A DNA stretch of 64,000 bases from Candidatus Poribacteria bacterium (GTDB lineage: Bacteria; Poribacteria; WGA-4E; WGA-3G), in NCBI GenBank assembly GCA_965197475.1, contig CBDANF010000002.1, positions 288,001 through 352,000 of the forward strand, given 5' to 3'. Made by a program: the position numbers and the translations under genes. Below, one piece after another: positions 33,394-43,554 of the stretch; within the stretch, counting starts at the first letter, position 1, and each line of letters begins with the position of its first letter. The notes under the pieces are model-generated. The model was not told where the DNA came from. It worked only from the letters and a program-made list of their open reading frames with translations, and did no database searches.

Positions 33394-34301
33394 TAGTAAA
33401 TCCCGTAATTACTTATACACTTTTATAATATCATCAATAGAAGTCTGAGCATTGTATTGACGTATCCGCTTGATGTTGGCGAAATCCTTCTCAATCGGAT
33501 TCAACTCCGGTGAATACGGCGGTAAAAACAACAAACTCGCACCGCAATCCCGGATCAATGCTGCCGTCTGTGAACCTTTGTGGAAAGACGCATTATCCAT
33601 AATCACAACATGGCTATCGTCAAGCAATGGACACAACATTTCCGAAAGCCAACTGTTGAAGGCGACCGCATCGCAACTGCCCTTGAAAAGCACAGGTGCT
33701 GTGAAACATCCATCAAGCCGTGCCGCAATCAGCGTCGTGGTGTGGTATACCGATGGCTTGGCACTTTATCTTCAACACGGACACCTTTCGGGGCATAAGC
33801 ATACCGACGGAAAGTGGTTTCAGTGAAACCACTTTCGTCAAGATAAACCGGTTTTTTGCCATGCTCCTGTGTCTCTTGTTGAAGTGCCGAAAGATACTCT
33901 TGGCGTTTTATCGGACACTGTTCTTTGTAGGTCGTTGTCTTTTTTCGCGTAATATTGAGTTTTGAGAAGGCATAAAAGATGCCGTTTGTTGAAACACCGA
34001 AGTGTTTGGCACGTTCGGCGAGTGTGGAATCTGGGAAATCGGCAACATGTTGCTGAAGTGCGTCATAATCAATATCTCGGGGACCTTTGGGTCCCGGTTT
34101 TTCACAGGCGAAGGGGTCTTCTGCTTCCAACCAGTTATAGATCGTTCTTCTTGAGACACGAAAAGTGCGTTCTGCGGCGGCTTTACTGCCACCATTATTG
34201 ATGAAATCAAGCACGCGTTTGCGTCCATCTGTTGAATATGCCATAATCATAAAGGCTAACATAAATCACAGAAAATGTAAACTTATTTTCAGGATCTACT
34301 A
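33394..34301 (-). mobile_element. IS630 family element, transposase frameshifted or partly deleted
   Basis: IRs TAGTAAATCCCG / CAGGATCTACTA flanked by TA; YLDESGF, MDNASFHK, LPPYSPELNPIE. Confidence 0.9.
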
Positions 34302-34405
34302 TAAGTATTGAAGAGATTCTTGGAGATTATCAATGAAATCCATTAATTTTAGTACGGACGGGACCTGTGCGGTAGGACTGAAAATTGACGATAGGAGGAA
34401 TAGGT

Positions 34406-35403
34406 ATGAGAATGGTATTGATTTTTTGTATGATTATCTTGCAGCTGATGTGTGTGCGGGTATGTCGGGTTTTAGCCGAAGCACCGACGACACCGAAAAT
34501 CCTGTTTACCTCCAGGCAGGATGGCAATTACGAAATCTACATGATGAATCCGGATGGCTCCGAACAGGTGAATCTCACGCAGCATCCTGCTATCGATCTT
34601 CAGGCAGCCTGGTCGCCGACGGGTGAGCAGATTCTGTTCGTCTCGGATCGCGGGGGCACGCGAGACCTGTATTTGATGGATGCCGATGGCAGGAATGTCC
34701 GCCGCGTCTTTAAGAAAAAAATAACCGCTTGGAGAACAGAACCTACCTGGTCGCCCGATAGCAAACAGTTTGCTTACCAGTGCAAGGACTGGAACCGCCG
34801 CATAAAAGGCGGTCTCTATCTTGGGACGTTTGGCGAAGAAGATGCCGAATTCATCGCGAATTACCATTCCCCGGTGTGGTCTCCCGATGGTTCAGAAATA
34901 GCCTGCTCTGAACATCACCCACTGGGGGCTCGACTTATGTTTATCAACGTCCGCACACGGGAGGCGGAACAACCGCTACCCGATGAAGCACTCCGCTGGC
35001 AATTCGAGCCGTCCTGGTCTGCTGCGGGGGACAGACTTGCCTTTGCTGGGAACAGGCACCCGTTGCCGGTCATCTTGGATAGGGAGCTGCACCGCGCATG
35101 GAAGAACAAACAGACGATCTACATCGTTAACCGAGACGGCACGGGTCTGCGGCAGCTTGTTGATGAAGCGGGCCCCATGCAGAGTATCCTGCGTTATCGC
35201 CAGACAGATCGGAAGTGCTTTATACACAGGGTAACGGGACATCCCAAATTTTCAAAGTTGATGTAAACAGCGGGGTTCGGACGCAGCTGACGCATATTCA
35301 AACGAATTTTAGCGGAGATTGGTTTGATCCTGCGTATGCGTTGCCGGTTTTACCTCAGTCAGAGTTGCTAACGATAACATGGGGAGAACTGAAAAAGGAT
35401 TGA
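34406..35403 (+). pseudogene. TolB-like PD40 beta-propeller exported protein, frameshifted near 35180-35215
   Basis: EIYMMNPDGS, WSPTG/WSPDG repeats; C-terminal LLTITWGELKKD in a second ORF. Confidence 0.8.
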
Positions 35404-35454
35404 CTCAAATTATCCAACATTTTCCAAAGATTAGGAATAGGAGGTATCAGATAT

Positions 35455-36894
35455 ATGTTAAATGGTATAAATGAAGAAACTAAACTTCGTCTCACAAGAC
35501 GCACATTTTTAGGGAAAACAGTGCGTGGCATTGGCTCGCTTGCACTTGCATCTCTATTATCACCATCGTTGCTGAATGCTGCACCACAGATTGAAAGATG
35601 GTCCGGAATAATTGCCGAACCGCACGTGCCACCAAAAGCAAAGTGTGTAATCCACCTCTGCATGGCAGGTGGTCCCTCACATTTGGAGACTTTAGATTAT
35701 AAGCCGAAACTGGCGGAAATGCACGGTAAACCGATGCCGCAGTCATTCACGAAAGGTCAACCGATTGCGCAGCTTCAGGGTCAGGCAAACGCGCTCAAGT
35801 GTCTTGGACCAACTCACGAATTTAAAAAATGGGGAGAATCGGGACAGGAGATGAGTACGGCGTTTCCACACACCGGCGGACTCGCAGACGACATCTGCAT
35901 CGTGCGGTCTTTGCGAACCGAGCAGATTAATCACGATCCCGCGCACACCTTTATGAATACCGGCACTGCCATCTCAGGTAGACCCAGCATGGGATCGTGG
36001 CTGCTCTACGGACTTGGCAGTGACAACGAAAACCTGCCGGGGTACGTCGTCCTTGTCTCCTCTGGCGGCGGGCAGGACCAACCGATTGCAACCCGGCAGT
36101 GGCACAGTGGATTTCTGCCCGGACAATTTCAGGGTGTTCAGTTCCATTCAAGTGGCGACCCCGTTCATTATGTCTCAAGCCCTGGCGGTGTGAGTCAGGA
36201 ACAGCAGCATGACGTTGTTGGAGCAGTACAGACCTTGAACGGCATGTTAGATGAAACTGTTGACGACCCAACAATCTCGACGCGTATCAATCAATATGAG
36301 ATGGCATTTCGCATGCAGACCAGTGTCCCAGAATTGACCGATATATCCAAAGAACCGCAGGATATTCTTGATATGTATGGTGCCAAACCGGGGGGCGGGT
36401 CGTACGCATCAAACTGTCTACTTGCGAGAAGGCTAGCGGAACGCGGTGTACGCTTTATTCAACTCTACCATCGTGGATGGGATCACCACGGCGGAATCCA
36501 GAACGCCATTAAGACAACTGCCGGATATGTTGATAAGGCAACAGCAGCACTCGTTAACGATCTGAAACAACGCGGTATGTTAGATGAGACCTTAGTTATC
36601 TGGGGCGGTGAGTTCGGTCGGACTCCGATGGCACAAGGCAGCGGACGTGACCACCACATTAAGGGATTCTCAATGTGGATGGCAGGCGGCGGTGTCAAAG
36701 GCGGTATTAGTTACGGTAATACGGATGAACTCGGCTACAATGCGGTTGAAAACATCGTGCATGTCCATGACTTCCACGCCACAATGCTACATGTTTTGGG
36801 TATTGACCACGAGAAACTGACATACCGTTTCCAAGGTCGAGATTTCCGTCTCACAGACGTGCACGGACATGTTGTCCGCGATATTTTGGCATAA
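35455..36894 (+). CDS. DUF1501 family protein (Tat-exported)
   Basis: TRRTFL twin-arginine motif, GGPSHLET, ARRLAERGVRF, WDHH, GEFGRTP. Confidence 0.92.
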   Translation: MLNGINEETKLRLTRRTFLGKTVRGIGSLALASLLSPSLLNAAPQIERWSGIIAEPHVPPKAKCVIHLCMAGGPSHLETLDYKPKLAEMHGKPMPQSFTKGQPIAQLQGQANALKCLGPTHEFKKWGESGQEMSTAFPHTGGLADDICIVRSLRTEQINHDPAHTFMNTGTAISGRPSMGSWLLYGLGSDNENLPGYVVLVSSGGGQDQPIATRQWHSGFLPGQFQGVQFHSSGDPVHYVSSPGGVSQEQQHDVVGAVQTLNGMLDETVDDPTISTRINQYEMAFRMQTSVPELTDISKEPQDILDMYGAKPGGGSYASNCLLARRLAERGVRFIQLYHRGWDHHGGIQNAIKTTAGYVDKATAALVNDLKQRGMLDETLVIWGGEFGRTPMAQGSGRDHHIKGFSMWMAGGGVKGGISYGNTDELGYNAVENIVHVHDFHATMLHVLGIDHEKLTYRFQGRDFRLTDVHGHVVRDILA

Positions 36895-36930
36895 GGTAAG
36901 AGACAAACTCTATGTGCCACACACCCAAAT

Positions 36931-37212
36931 ATGAAAAGCAAACCGCTTCAACTTCAATTTTATACGAAGTCGGATTGTCCACTTTGCGACGAGGCAAAAT
37001 CGGTGCTGCAAAGTATTGCAGCGAAACTGTCGTTTTTTGATGTGGAAGAGATTGACATTACGACAAATCTGGGTCTGTTTACAAAATATAAACTTCTAAT
37101 TCCAGTACTTGAACTGAATGGAAAGCAGCTTTTTGCACATCGCGTGGATACAAAAAAGTTGGTGTGGCAGTTAAGATGGCATCTGTTGCTAAGGCGTTTC
37201 ATTAGGAACTGA
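36931..37212 (+). CDS. Glutaredoxin-like (DUF836) protein
   Basis: YTKSDCPLCDEAK, IPVL. Confidence 0.85.
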   Translation: MKSKPLQLQFYTKSDCPLCDEAKSVLQSIAAKLSFFDVEEIDITTNLGLFTKYKLLIPVLELNGKQLFAHRVDTKKLVWQLRWHLLLRRFIRN

Positions 37213-37224
37213 GTGGGCGTTTAA

Positions 37225-37395
37225 ATGATCCACCCGAAATATATTGTTGCTGTCTCTGCATTGATAAGCCATCAGAAAGAGGCAGGAGTTACGGCATCAA
37301 TTGGGGCACTGGTTGGTATTTCCTCAAACATCAAGTCTCCGATTAAATTGGCGTTTAGTTTTTTAGCCGATTAAGTCAGTGGTGAATTAGTTGAG
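37225..37395 (+). pseudogene. Possible NUDIX hydrolase remnant
   Basis: MIHPKYIVAVSALI..EAGVTASIGALVGI resembles Nudix flanks with the Nudix box deleted; in-frame stop. Confidence 0.35.
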
Positions 37396-37583
37396 GGTGT
37401 GCCTAATTATTTGGTCCAGCAACACAGACAGTAACGCATTTCAGGTGCCGCTTCATTTGTAGAAGTGCGTCTATAGTCGCGCAATTACGCGTCTCTTTAA
37501 TTTGTGTGCGGCACGCGGCGCGTGCCTATTACCTTTAAGTACACATCTAACACTGAATTATTTATGCACACCCTTCAACTAAT

Positions 37584-37925
37584 TTACCCCCACGAGGGTC
37601 GGTGTCCAGTTAACTTTTCTAAATACTCAGCCGTTCGCCGAACTTCCTCTTTAAGTTTTTTCTGTGCTTTCTGTTTCCCTGCCTCTTCAGTTCTGTATTG
37701 CACTCGATAGGTGCCTTTGTCCAGTCGCCGTAAAGCAAATTCACCAGAAACATTCCGGTTCACATACGCCAGCATGTCGTGCAACAACCAATAGACATCT
37801 GTCGGTGTGTACTCAAAGTGGCAGTGCTCGGATTTTTCCTTCACTTCATCGAGGGTTTTCTGCACTAACTCAACGACTTCAGCAAGGGTATAGGATTTAT
37901 TTTCTTCCAAATTAATCTTGTTCAT
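37584..37925 (-). CDS. Hypothetical protein
   Basis: ORF from MNKINLEE with RBS GGAG; overlaps the xdhC 3' end. Confidence 0.6.
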   Translation of the reverse strand: MNKINLEENKSYTLAEVVELVQKTLDEVKEKSEHCHFEYTPTDVYWLLHDMLAYVNRNVSGEFALRRLDKGTYRVQYRTEEAGKQKAQKKLKEEVRRTAEYLEKLTGHRPSWG

Positions 37926-39042
37926 TTTCAACTCCTGACAATTTAATGGTAGGCATCCGCGCAGGTTGCGCTTCATAAGGTTGCACCTTCTCCATCCCGT
38001 TGCACACCTGAATTAGCTGGGAAGCAATGCTAACTGCTATCTCAGGCACAGTTTTGGAGTTAATATCCAATCCGATTGGTGCGTACACTCGCTGCAGCTT
38101 TTCCATAGGAATTCCAACCTCCAGCAGATCGTCAAAAATCAATTTTATTTTTCGACGGCTACCGATCAATCCGATGTACCGCGCGTCTGATTCAACAACG
38201 CTATGCAGTGCAGATTCATCGTGCTGGTGTCCACGTGTTACGATGACGACATAAGTTAAATGGTTAATGCGATATTTCCGAAGTTCCTCAGCAATGTCAC
38301 CGATGATAATTTCGTCCGCTTCAGGTAACCGCTCAGTTGAGGCAAAATCTGCCCGGTCATCAACGATAGCAATGTCGAAATCTAACCAACTTCCGAGGTG
38401 GCAAAGTGCCTGTCCAACATGCCCTGCCCCTGCAATTAGCAAAGTGGGTCGCGGTTGAAGCGGTTCCAAAAAAACGGATATCTTTTTATCTTTTTGAAAT
38501 ATAGACGGTCGGTTCCGCTCAAGAATGTCAGAGATTTCAGTTTCTACATCCGCTTCCAATGCAGAATTCCCCAATGTCCCTATACGGTCACCGTTCGTTC
38601 CGAAAACCATCTTCATACCAACATCTACACCGTTTTGTTCACTTTCCACAACTGTTGCACAGATAAGCGGCACCTTCTCGGCATTCAGTTTCTGTAGGCG
38701 GGTGAACATTTCAGCTTCCGAGCGAGTTTTCGGCAAATCTATAAATATTTTCATATTTCCGCCACAGATTAGACCATCGTCCCAACCGTAATCACTATCC
38801 AATTGAAACTCAAGCAAGCGAGGTTTACCGCCCTGCATTAGACCAATGGCTTGTCGGCGTGCTTCTGCTTCCACACAACCACCGCCAAGTGTGCCGATAT
38901 TCCGCAAATTCGGTAGAATCAGCAGTTTCGACCCCGGCTTTTGCGGTGTTGAACCTTTGGTCTCAATAACAGTACAGTAGGCACCGACTTGAGCCGATTC
39001 AATCAATTCTGAGATTTTTTGATATATTTCTCTCATCTGCAA
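37912..39042 (-). CDS. xdhC: XdhC/CoxI family molybdoenzyme accessory protein
   Basis: GSTPQKPG, GTLGGGCVE, GLICGG, GAGHVG, TRGHQHD, YIGLIGSRRK, APIGLDI. Confidence 0.9.
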   Translation of the reverse strand: MQMREIYQKISELIESAQVGAYCTVIETKGSTPQKPGSKLLILPNLRNIGTLGGGCVEAEARRQAIGLMQGGKPRLLEFQLDSDYGWDDGLICGGNMKIFIDLPKTRSEAEMFTRLQKLNAEKVPLICATVVESEQNGVDVGMKMVFGTNGDRIGTLGNSALEADVETEISDILERNRPSIFQKDKKISVFLEPLQPRPTLLIAGAGHVGQALCHLGSWLDFDIAIVDDRADFASTERLPEADEIIIGDIAEELRKYRINHLTYVVIVTRGHQHDESALHSVVESDARYIGLIGSRRKIKLIFDDLLEVGIPMEKLQRVYAPIGLDINSKTVPEIAVSIASQLIQVCNGMEKVQPYEAQPARMPTIKLSGVENEQD

Positions 39043-39121
39043 TATACTTTTTCACTTGAGGAGCGATAAAATCAAGGATGACTCCTCGGTTTAAACCGTA
39101 GGTGAAGCTTGAAACTATATT

Positions 39122-40045
39122 TCAACTAAAGTTTTGGGCTGCTGCACTTTGTGCGATTAGTTGCTTAAATTGTCCGCGTTGCCGTTCTGTTAGTTCCAAT
39201 GGAATAATGTTTTCTATGCCGTTACTGCCAATTTTTGATGGGACATTCAGGAAAACTGATGTTGTGTCAGTTGAAATCAGCGCACCAACACTCATAACCC
39301 GTTTTTTATCAAGACTGATTGCTGAAACAACCTGCAAAATGTGACTTGCCAACGTATATTCACTTGCCGAAGTGTATGGACAACGAGCAGCTATCGCTGC
39401 TAATAGTTTTTGGATATCGGATTCATCCATCAATTGGGAAAGGGGAATCCCGTTAACCCTGCAATACTGCGGTAACGGATGCGTCACTTCATCATTTCCG
39501 ATTGCCAACGTGGACACATCCTTCACTGAGAGTCCAAGACGGTTCGCTATTTCAGATTTCAGATGCGCAGTGGAAACACCGTTTGCAATGCCGATCACGG
39601 TTTCTGTCCCGTGTGTCTGATGTATCCATGCCGAGATGTAGTTTGCAAAAGGCATGGCGACCAAAATTTTGGCATTCTGCACGTACTCCAGAATCTTCGG
39701 CACAATTTGACGAGCTATAGAAAGATTCGTTGTTTTCAATGCTTGTGCCGAGTGAAAACCAAAGGGTAATGCCGTAGGCAGCAGAACAACTATATCAGAA
39801 TCAGATAGTTCTTCACCAGAATTTGTGAATGAAATATCAGTGTCGCTTGCACTCATGGCAGTTGCAAAGGTAATATCCTCTACACCATCTGTAAGTGGTC
39901 GTGGGTTTCTCGAGAGGCGGTTTCCCGGTTTGCTACCGGATTGCGTGTCGGTGAAGAAAACGATTTTCTGAGCCAATTCTGAATGACATATACCCCAAGC
40001 AACTGTAAGTGCTAACTGGCTATGTCCTAACAATGCTATTTTCAT
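39122..40045 (-). CDS. Divergent lactate/malate dehydrogenase-fold protein
   Basis: SDIVV, NLSIARQI, NGIPL, DKKRVMSV, VPSKIGSNGIE match LDH/MDH; GxGxxG and catalytic motifs degenerate. Confidence 0.65.
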   Translation of the reverse strand: MKIALLGHSQLALTVAWGICHSELAQKIVFFTDTQSGSKPGNRLSRNPRPLTDGVEDITFATAMSASDTDISFTNSGEELSDSDIVVLLPTALPFGFHSAQALKTTNLSIARQIVPKILEYVQNAKILVAMPFANYISAWIHQTHGTETVIGIANGVSTAHLKSEIANRLGLSVKDVSTLAIGNDEVTHPLPQYCRVNGIPLSQLMDESDIQKLLAAIAARCPYTSASEYTLASHILQVVSAISLDKKRVMSVGALISTDTTSVFLNVPSKIGSNGIENIIPLELTERQRGQFKQLIAQSAAAQNFS

Positions 40046-40056
40046 GCAGTTTGTTC

Positions 40057-42810
40057 CTATAAAAGAGTCCCAACAATTTCTTGAAATCGAGATTCAAGGT
40101 TTTCGCGTTGGACATCCATCTCAGAATTGGCTTTCAGTTTAGTTTGCAACAATTCATCGTAGCGTTCAACGTATTCCATTAAGTTTTCTACCTCTTTTTC
40201 ATAACATATTGCCGAAGTTAAAACCTTTTCCTTAACAACAACCGGAAGTTCTTCAGAAGTAATCTGTGTTAATTCCCAACGCCACACTTTTTCGGAAATA
40301 TAGGTAATAAACCGATCCAGAACTTCACCTTCATAACTACTTTTCTGAAGTTCTTGTACCTCTTGAATTAGTCCTAATACTTGGTTAAAAAGTGAATCGG
40401 ACAAAATATTGCGTAATTCCATCAAAATACGTCCCGTTGTTGAAATTGGCAGCTTATTTTGAAGCAGGAACACGCGGAGATTTGGATAGTCTTCCAAAGT
40501 TTTTATTTCGGTGAGCCACGTTTCACCTATTGAAGGGAGTTCACTTAAATCAAAACTCAATACTTGTTGCTTCCGAATTTCTTCAAGTTTAGCGGCACTC
40601 TTATTAAGTCCGGCGTTCGCGAGCGTACTAATAACCTCTGATTCACCATAAGGTTTCAAAAAGGCAATCATTTCACTGACTTTCGTCTGTTCTGCTTGAA
40701 TTGTCTCAGGTGTTGCGTTGCCGTTGCTACGCGCTTGATCAGAATTCCGTTTTTTACTTTTCCGTGTCGGGTTCGTAAGTCGACTGGCACGTTTTGTTAA
40801 CGTTTCATCGTACCTCACCAATTCTTCGCGCAGCAAAGAAAGCGTAACATCTCCATGGATTGCAAGTTTCTCCGCTGTCGCAATATCACGCAGGTTGTGT
40901 CCGGTTTTCACAACAAGTGCCCTATTCAGATTCCGCTCAAGCACTTTCCGATCCTTTTCGTTTTCAACGACAAGTTGGCTTCCCAAAGTGAGATTCATTA
41001 ATCGCTTCGTCTGATCTGGCACGCTGAGATTGATGTCACAAGTAGGTTGAAAATCCCCAAGGAGTTTCTCTCGTGATTTTCCATAAAGCACTAAGACCCA
41101 CAATGTTGTGTAATAAGTTTGGAGATTTTCAGATTCTCGTGGTGCTTGCTCAATCCACCGTTTTATGATCGGAAAATGATCTCCCACATGCGTCAAGAGT
41201 TCTTCAAATTCCGCGTCTGCAACCTCAAATCCTGGGAATTTTGATTGCGTTTGCCGATTCGTTCGGTTGTTTCGCTGTGCAGTCGCGGGTTTCGCAGCTA
41301 AGAGAATATTCTGAAGTGGCTGAATTACCTTTTCAAAATCTTGATTGTGCTGACTTGCATAGTTAGCGATTTCAAGAAAAGCCAGCCACACGTTCCGCAT
41401 TCTTTCAATTTGCATCGGATCCAAAGTGGAACGAAGACCGATCCGAGTCATCTTTTCCCGAACGGTACCAGATGTCCATTCAGGTAGATATATTTCGTCT
41501 TGCGGAATGTCATTCTCAAAGATGTTCAGTTCAACCGGGGTGACAAGTCCCTTAGCGATCAAATCCGTTTCAAAAACAAGGTCATGAAAAAGCCCTACTG
41601 CCTTATCTAATACCTGGCTCGTCAATGTATAACTTGATTGAATCATGTGGTTGAGCGTAAACTGTTGGTTCTCTTGTAGCTGCCAAAACTCAATCATCGG
41701 GTCAATGTTCTCTCTAAGGATATCTGTTTTTGTTGCTTCATCCTCAAAATGTTCGCCCAGATAATCGGCGTAGAAATCAGAAAACGCAAAAATCGTATTT
41801 CGCAATTCACGAATAACAAGGTCATCCCAAACTTTATTGTGAATACGTTGCCCACGATTGAGCATTAAAGCTCTCAACCGACTTTCAACACCTTGATGAA
41901 ATTGCGTCATCAACTGGTACGCATGCTGGGTCGCTTTGATCATATAGTCTTCAATTTTCGATGAACTTTCAACTATTGCCTCCTCAATTTCCTTAGTTGG
42001 CGCGCTGAATGCTATTGGAACAAGCCTTAGCACTTTGGGTTCAAGCGGATTGAAAATAGCTGCTGTTGATAAAACCCGCACAGATGGCTCGGTTTCAGAA
42101 TCATTATCATCTAAAAAGCGACTATGAAGCGTTAAACTGTATTCTAAATCAAAGAGATCAGGATAGTTTTTAATATGAGTCCGCAACACTACCAAAACCG
42201 TATCAAACCCATCTTTCTCAATCTCAGTCAACATCACGTCTTCGTTGAGATTTACTCGGTGGATATGAGTCTGTTCCGGAATAACGACCTTCACTGATGC
42301 AAAATCAGTGTCAGCGGTCTTTGCGAGTACAAAACCACCTGTTTTGATAGTACTCGGCACCATCAAACGGGATTGTAAAACCTCTTCAGTCAGTTCAGAA
42401 AGTGTAAGAGATTTTCCTAAGTGTTGTATCGTAATATTCGCAAGAACACCATCAGCAAAATCGGTGATTTGGCGTGTGTTGCGTTCTAACTCCTGGACAC
42501 TTTTGTGAACGCGGTCATAATCGTCAAGTGCAGAAGCCTGTACCTTCGCTTCATCAATCCAAGATACCCAAGCTCCTGGACGATGCTTCATTTTTAAGGT
42601 GAGTTTTCCATCTTCGGAATCAAAGCCTGGAAGTATCTGACTTTCGGAGGTGACTTTTGGTGTCCAGACAATCAGGTGTTTATTGTTTTTGCCACCGAGT
42701 CCAATTCCAAATGTGTCTCCCCAACTCATCCGACCTTCAACACTGGCTTTGATTTTATCAGTTAATGTAAAGAGTGATTTAGCGTGAAAATTTAGTGAAA
42801 TACCTTGCAT
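40057..42810 (-). CDS. Large hypothetical protein (917 aa)
   Basis: Long uninterrupted ORF; no recognisable motif. Confidence 0.75.
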   Translation of the reverse strand: MQGISLNFHAKSLFTLTDKIKASVEGRMSWGDTFGIGLGGKNNKHLIVWTPKVTSESQILPGFDSEDGKLTLKMKHRPGAWVSWIDEAKVQASALDDYDRVHKSVQELERNTRQITDFADGVLANITIQHLGKSLTLSELTEEVLQSRLMVPSTIKTGGFVLAKTADTDFASVKVVIPEQTHIHRVNLNEDVMLTEIEKDGFDTVLVVLRTHIKNYPDLFDLEYSLTLHSRFLDDNDSETEPSVRVLSTAAIFNPLEPKVLRLVPIAFSAPTKEIEEAIVESSSKIEDYMIKATQHAYQLMTQFHQGVESRLRALMLNRGQRIHNKVWDDLVIRELRNTIFAFSDFYADYLGEHFEDEATKTDILRENIDPMIEFWQLQENQQFTLNHMIQSSYTLTSQVLDKAVGLFHDLVFETDLIAKGLVTPVELNIFENDIPQDEIYLPEWTSGTVREKMTRIGLRSTLDPMQIERMRNVWLAFLEIANYASQHNQDFEKVIQPLQNILLAAKPATAQRNNRTNRQTQSKFPGFEVADAEFEELLTHVGDHFPIIKRWIEQAPRESENLQTYYTTLWVLVLYGKSREKLLGDFQPTCDINLSVPDQTKRLMNLTLGSQLVVENEKDRKVLERNLNRALVVKTGHNLRDIATAEKLAIHGDVTLSLLREELVRYDETLTKRASRLTNPTRKSKKRNSDQARSNGNATPETIQAEQTKVSEMIAFLKPYGESEVISTLANAGLNKSAAKLEEIRKQQVLSFDLSELPSIGETWLTEIKTLEDYPNLRVFLLQNKLPISTTGRILMELRNILSDSLFNQVLGLIQEVQELQKSSYEGEVLDRFITYISEKVWRWELTQITSEELPVVVKEKVLTSAICYEKEVENLMEYVERYDELLQTKLKANSEMDVQRENLESRFQEIVGTLL

Positions 42811-42896
42811 TGGATCAATTAGAACGTGTCCTCCATAATAGGTAATTTATCTATCGAAATATAATATTGATTTCGTAGATAATTATTAATAAGCAT

Positions 42897-43460
42897 CTAT
42901 ACCGATTTAGATTTAATCTCAAGTCCCCACACATCCCAACCATCAACTTCCTTTCGAGCGAAAAGCTCAAGTTTACTCTGTTCGGGAAACATCTCTTCAA
43001 TACGCCGTCGTACCTCATCCGGTTTTTCCGAATGCCGTGTCCGCTCCGATTGCACAAGCTGCCTAATATTTCGCATACCCCGAGGTTGCGGAATTGTCCC
43101 GCGTTTAAAAACGAGACACAATTCGCACTGACTCATCGTATAGAAGCCTGGATTTACGCGGCATTTGTCCCATACAAACGCGACTGTTGCCCAACGAAAT
43201 CCCCAAGCTTTTCCCAACATGATAGCTTGGTCAAGGTGCGGTGATGAACTCCACATAAACAGCAGGCAATTTTTAGTGGTAATAGCCTCAATATTCCATT
43301 TCTCCATCTCTGATACAGATATGGTCGGATAATGTAGAACTGCACCACCACTATCATTGCCGCCAGCACCTGTGTGCTGCAGTTGCCCTTTGTAATCCCA
43401 AGGGGGGTCAGCATAGAGTATTTGATACTGTTTGTTCGGAAACGGGGGATGTAATACCAT
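42897..43460 (-). CDS. MT-A70 family N6-adenine methyltransferase
   Basis: ILYADPPW, LFMW, AWGF, HSEKP, KLELFAR, GWDVWG. Confidence 0.9.
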   Translation of the reverse strand: MVLHPPFPNKQYQILYADPPWDYKGQLQHTGAGGNDSGGAVLHYPTISVSEMEKWNIEAITTKNCLLFMWSSSPHLDQAIMLGKAWGFRWATVAFVWDKCRVNPGFYTMSQCELCLVFKRGTIPQPRGMRNIRQLVQSERTRHSEKPDEVRRRIEEMFPEQSKLELFARKEVDGWDVWGLEIKSKSV

Positions 43461-43554
43461 AGTATGTTTACAGACAGATTACCCTCAAACAGGCATACTG
43501 ACTGAATTACAAGCGCGCACGAAGCATCATGGGCAGCGTCCTGCTTATATGTTG

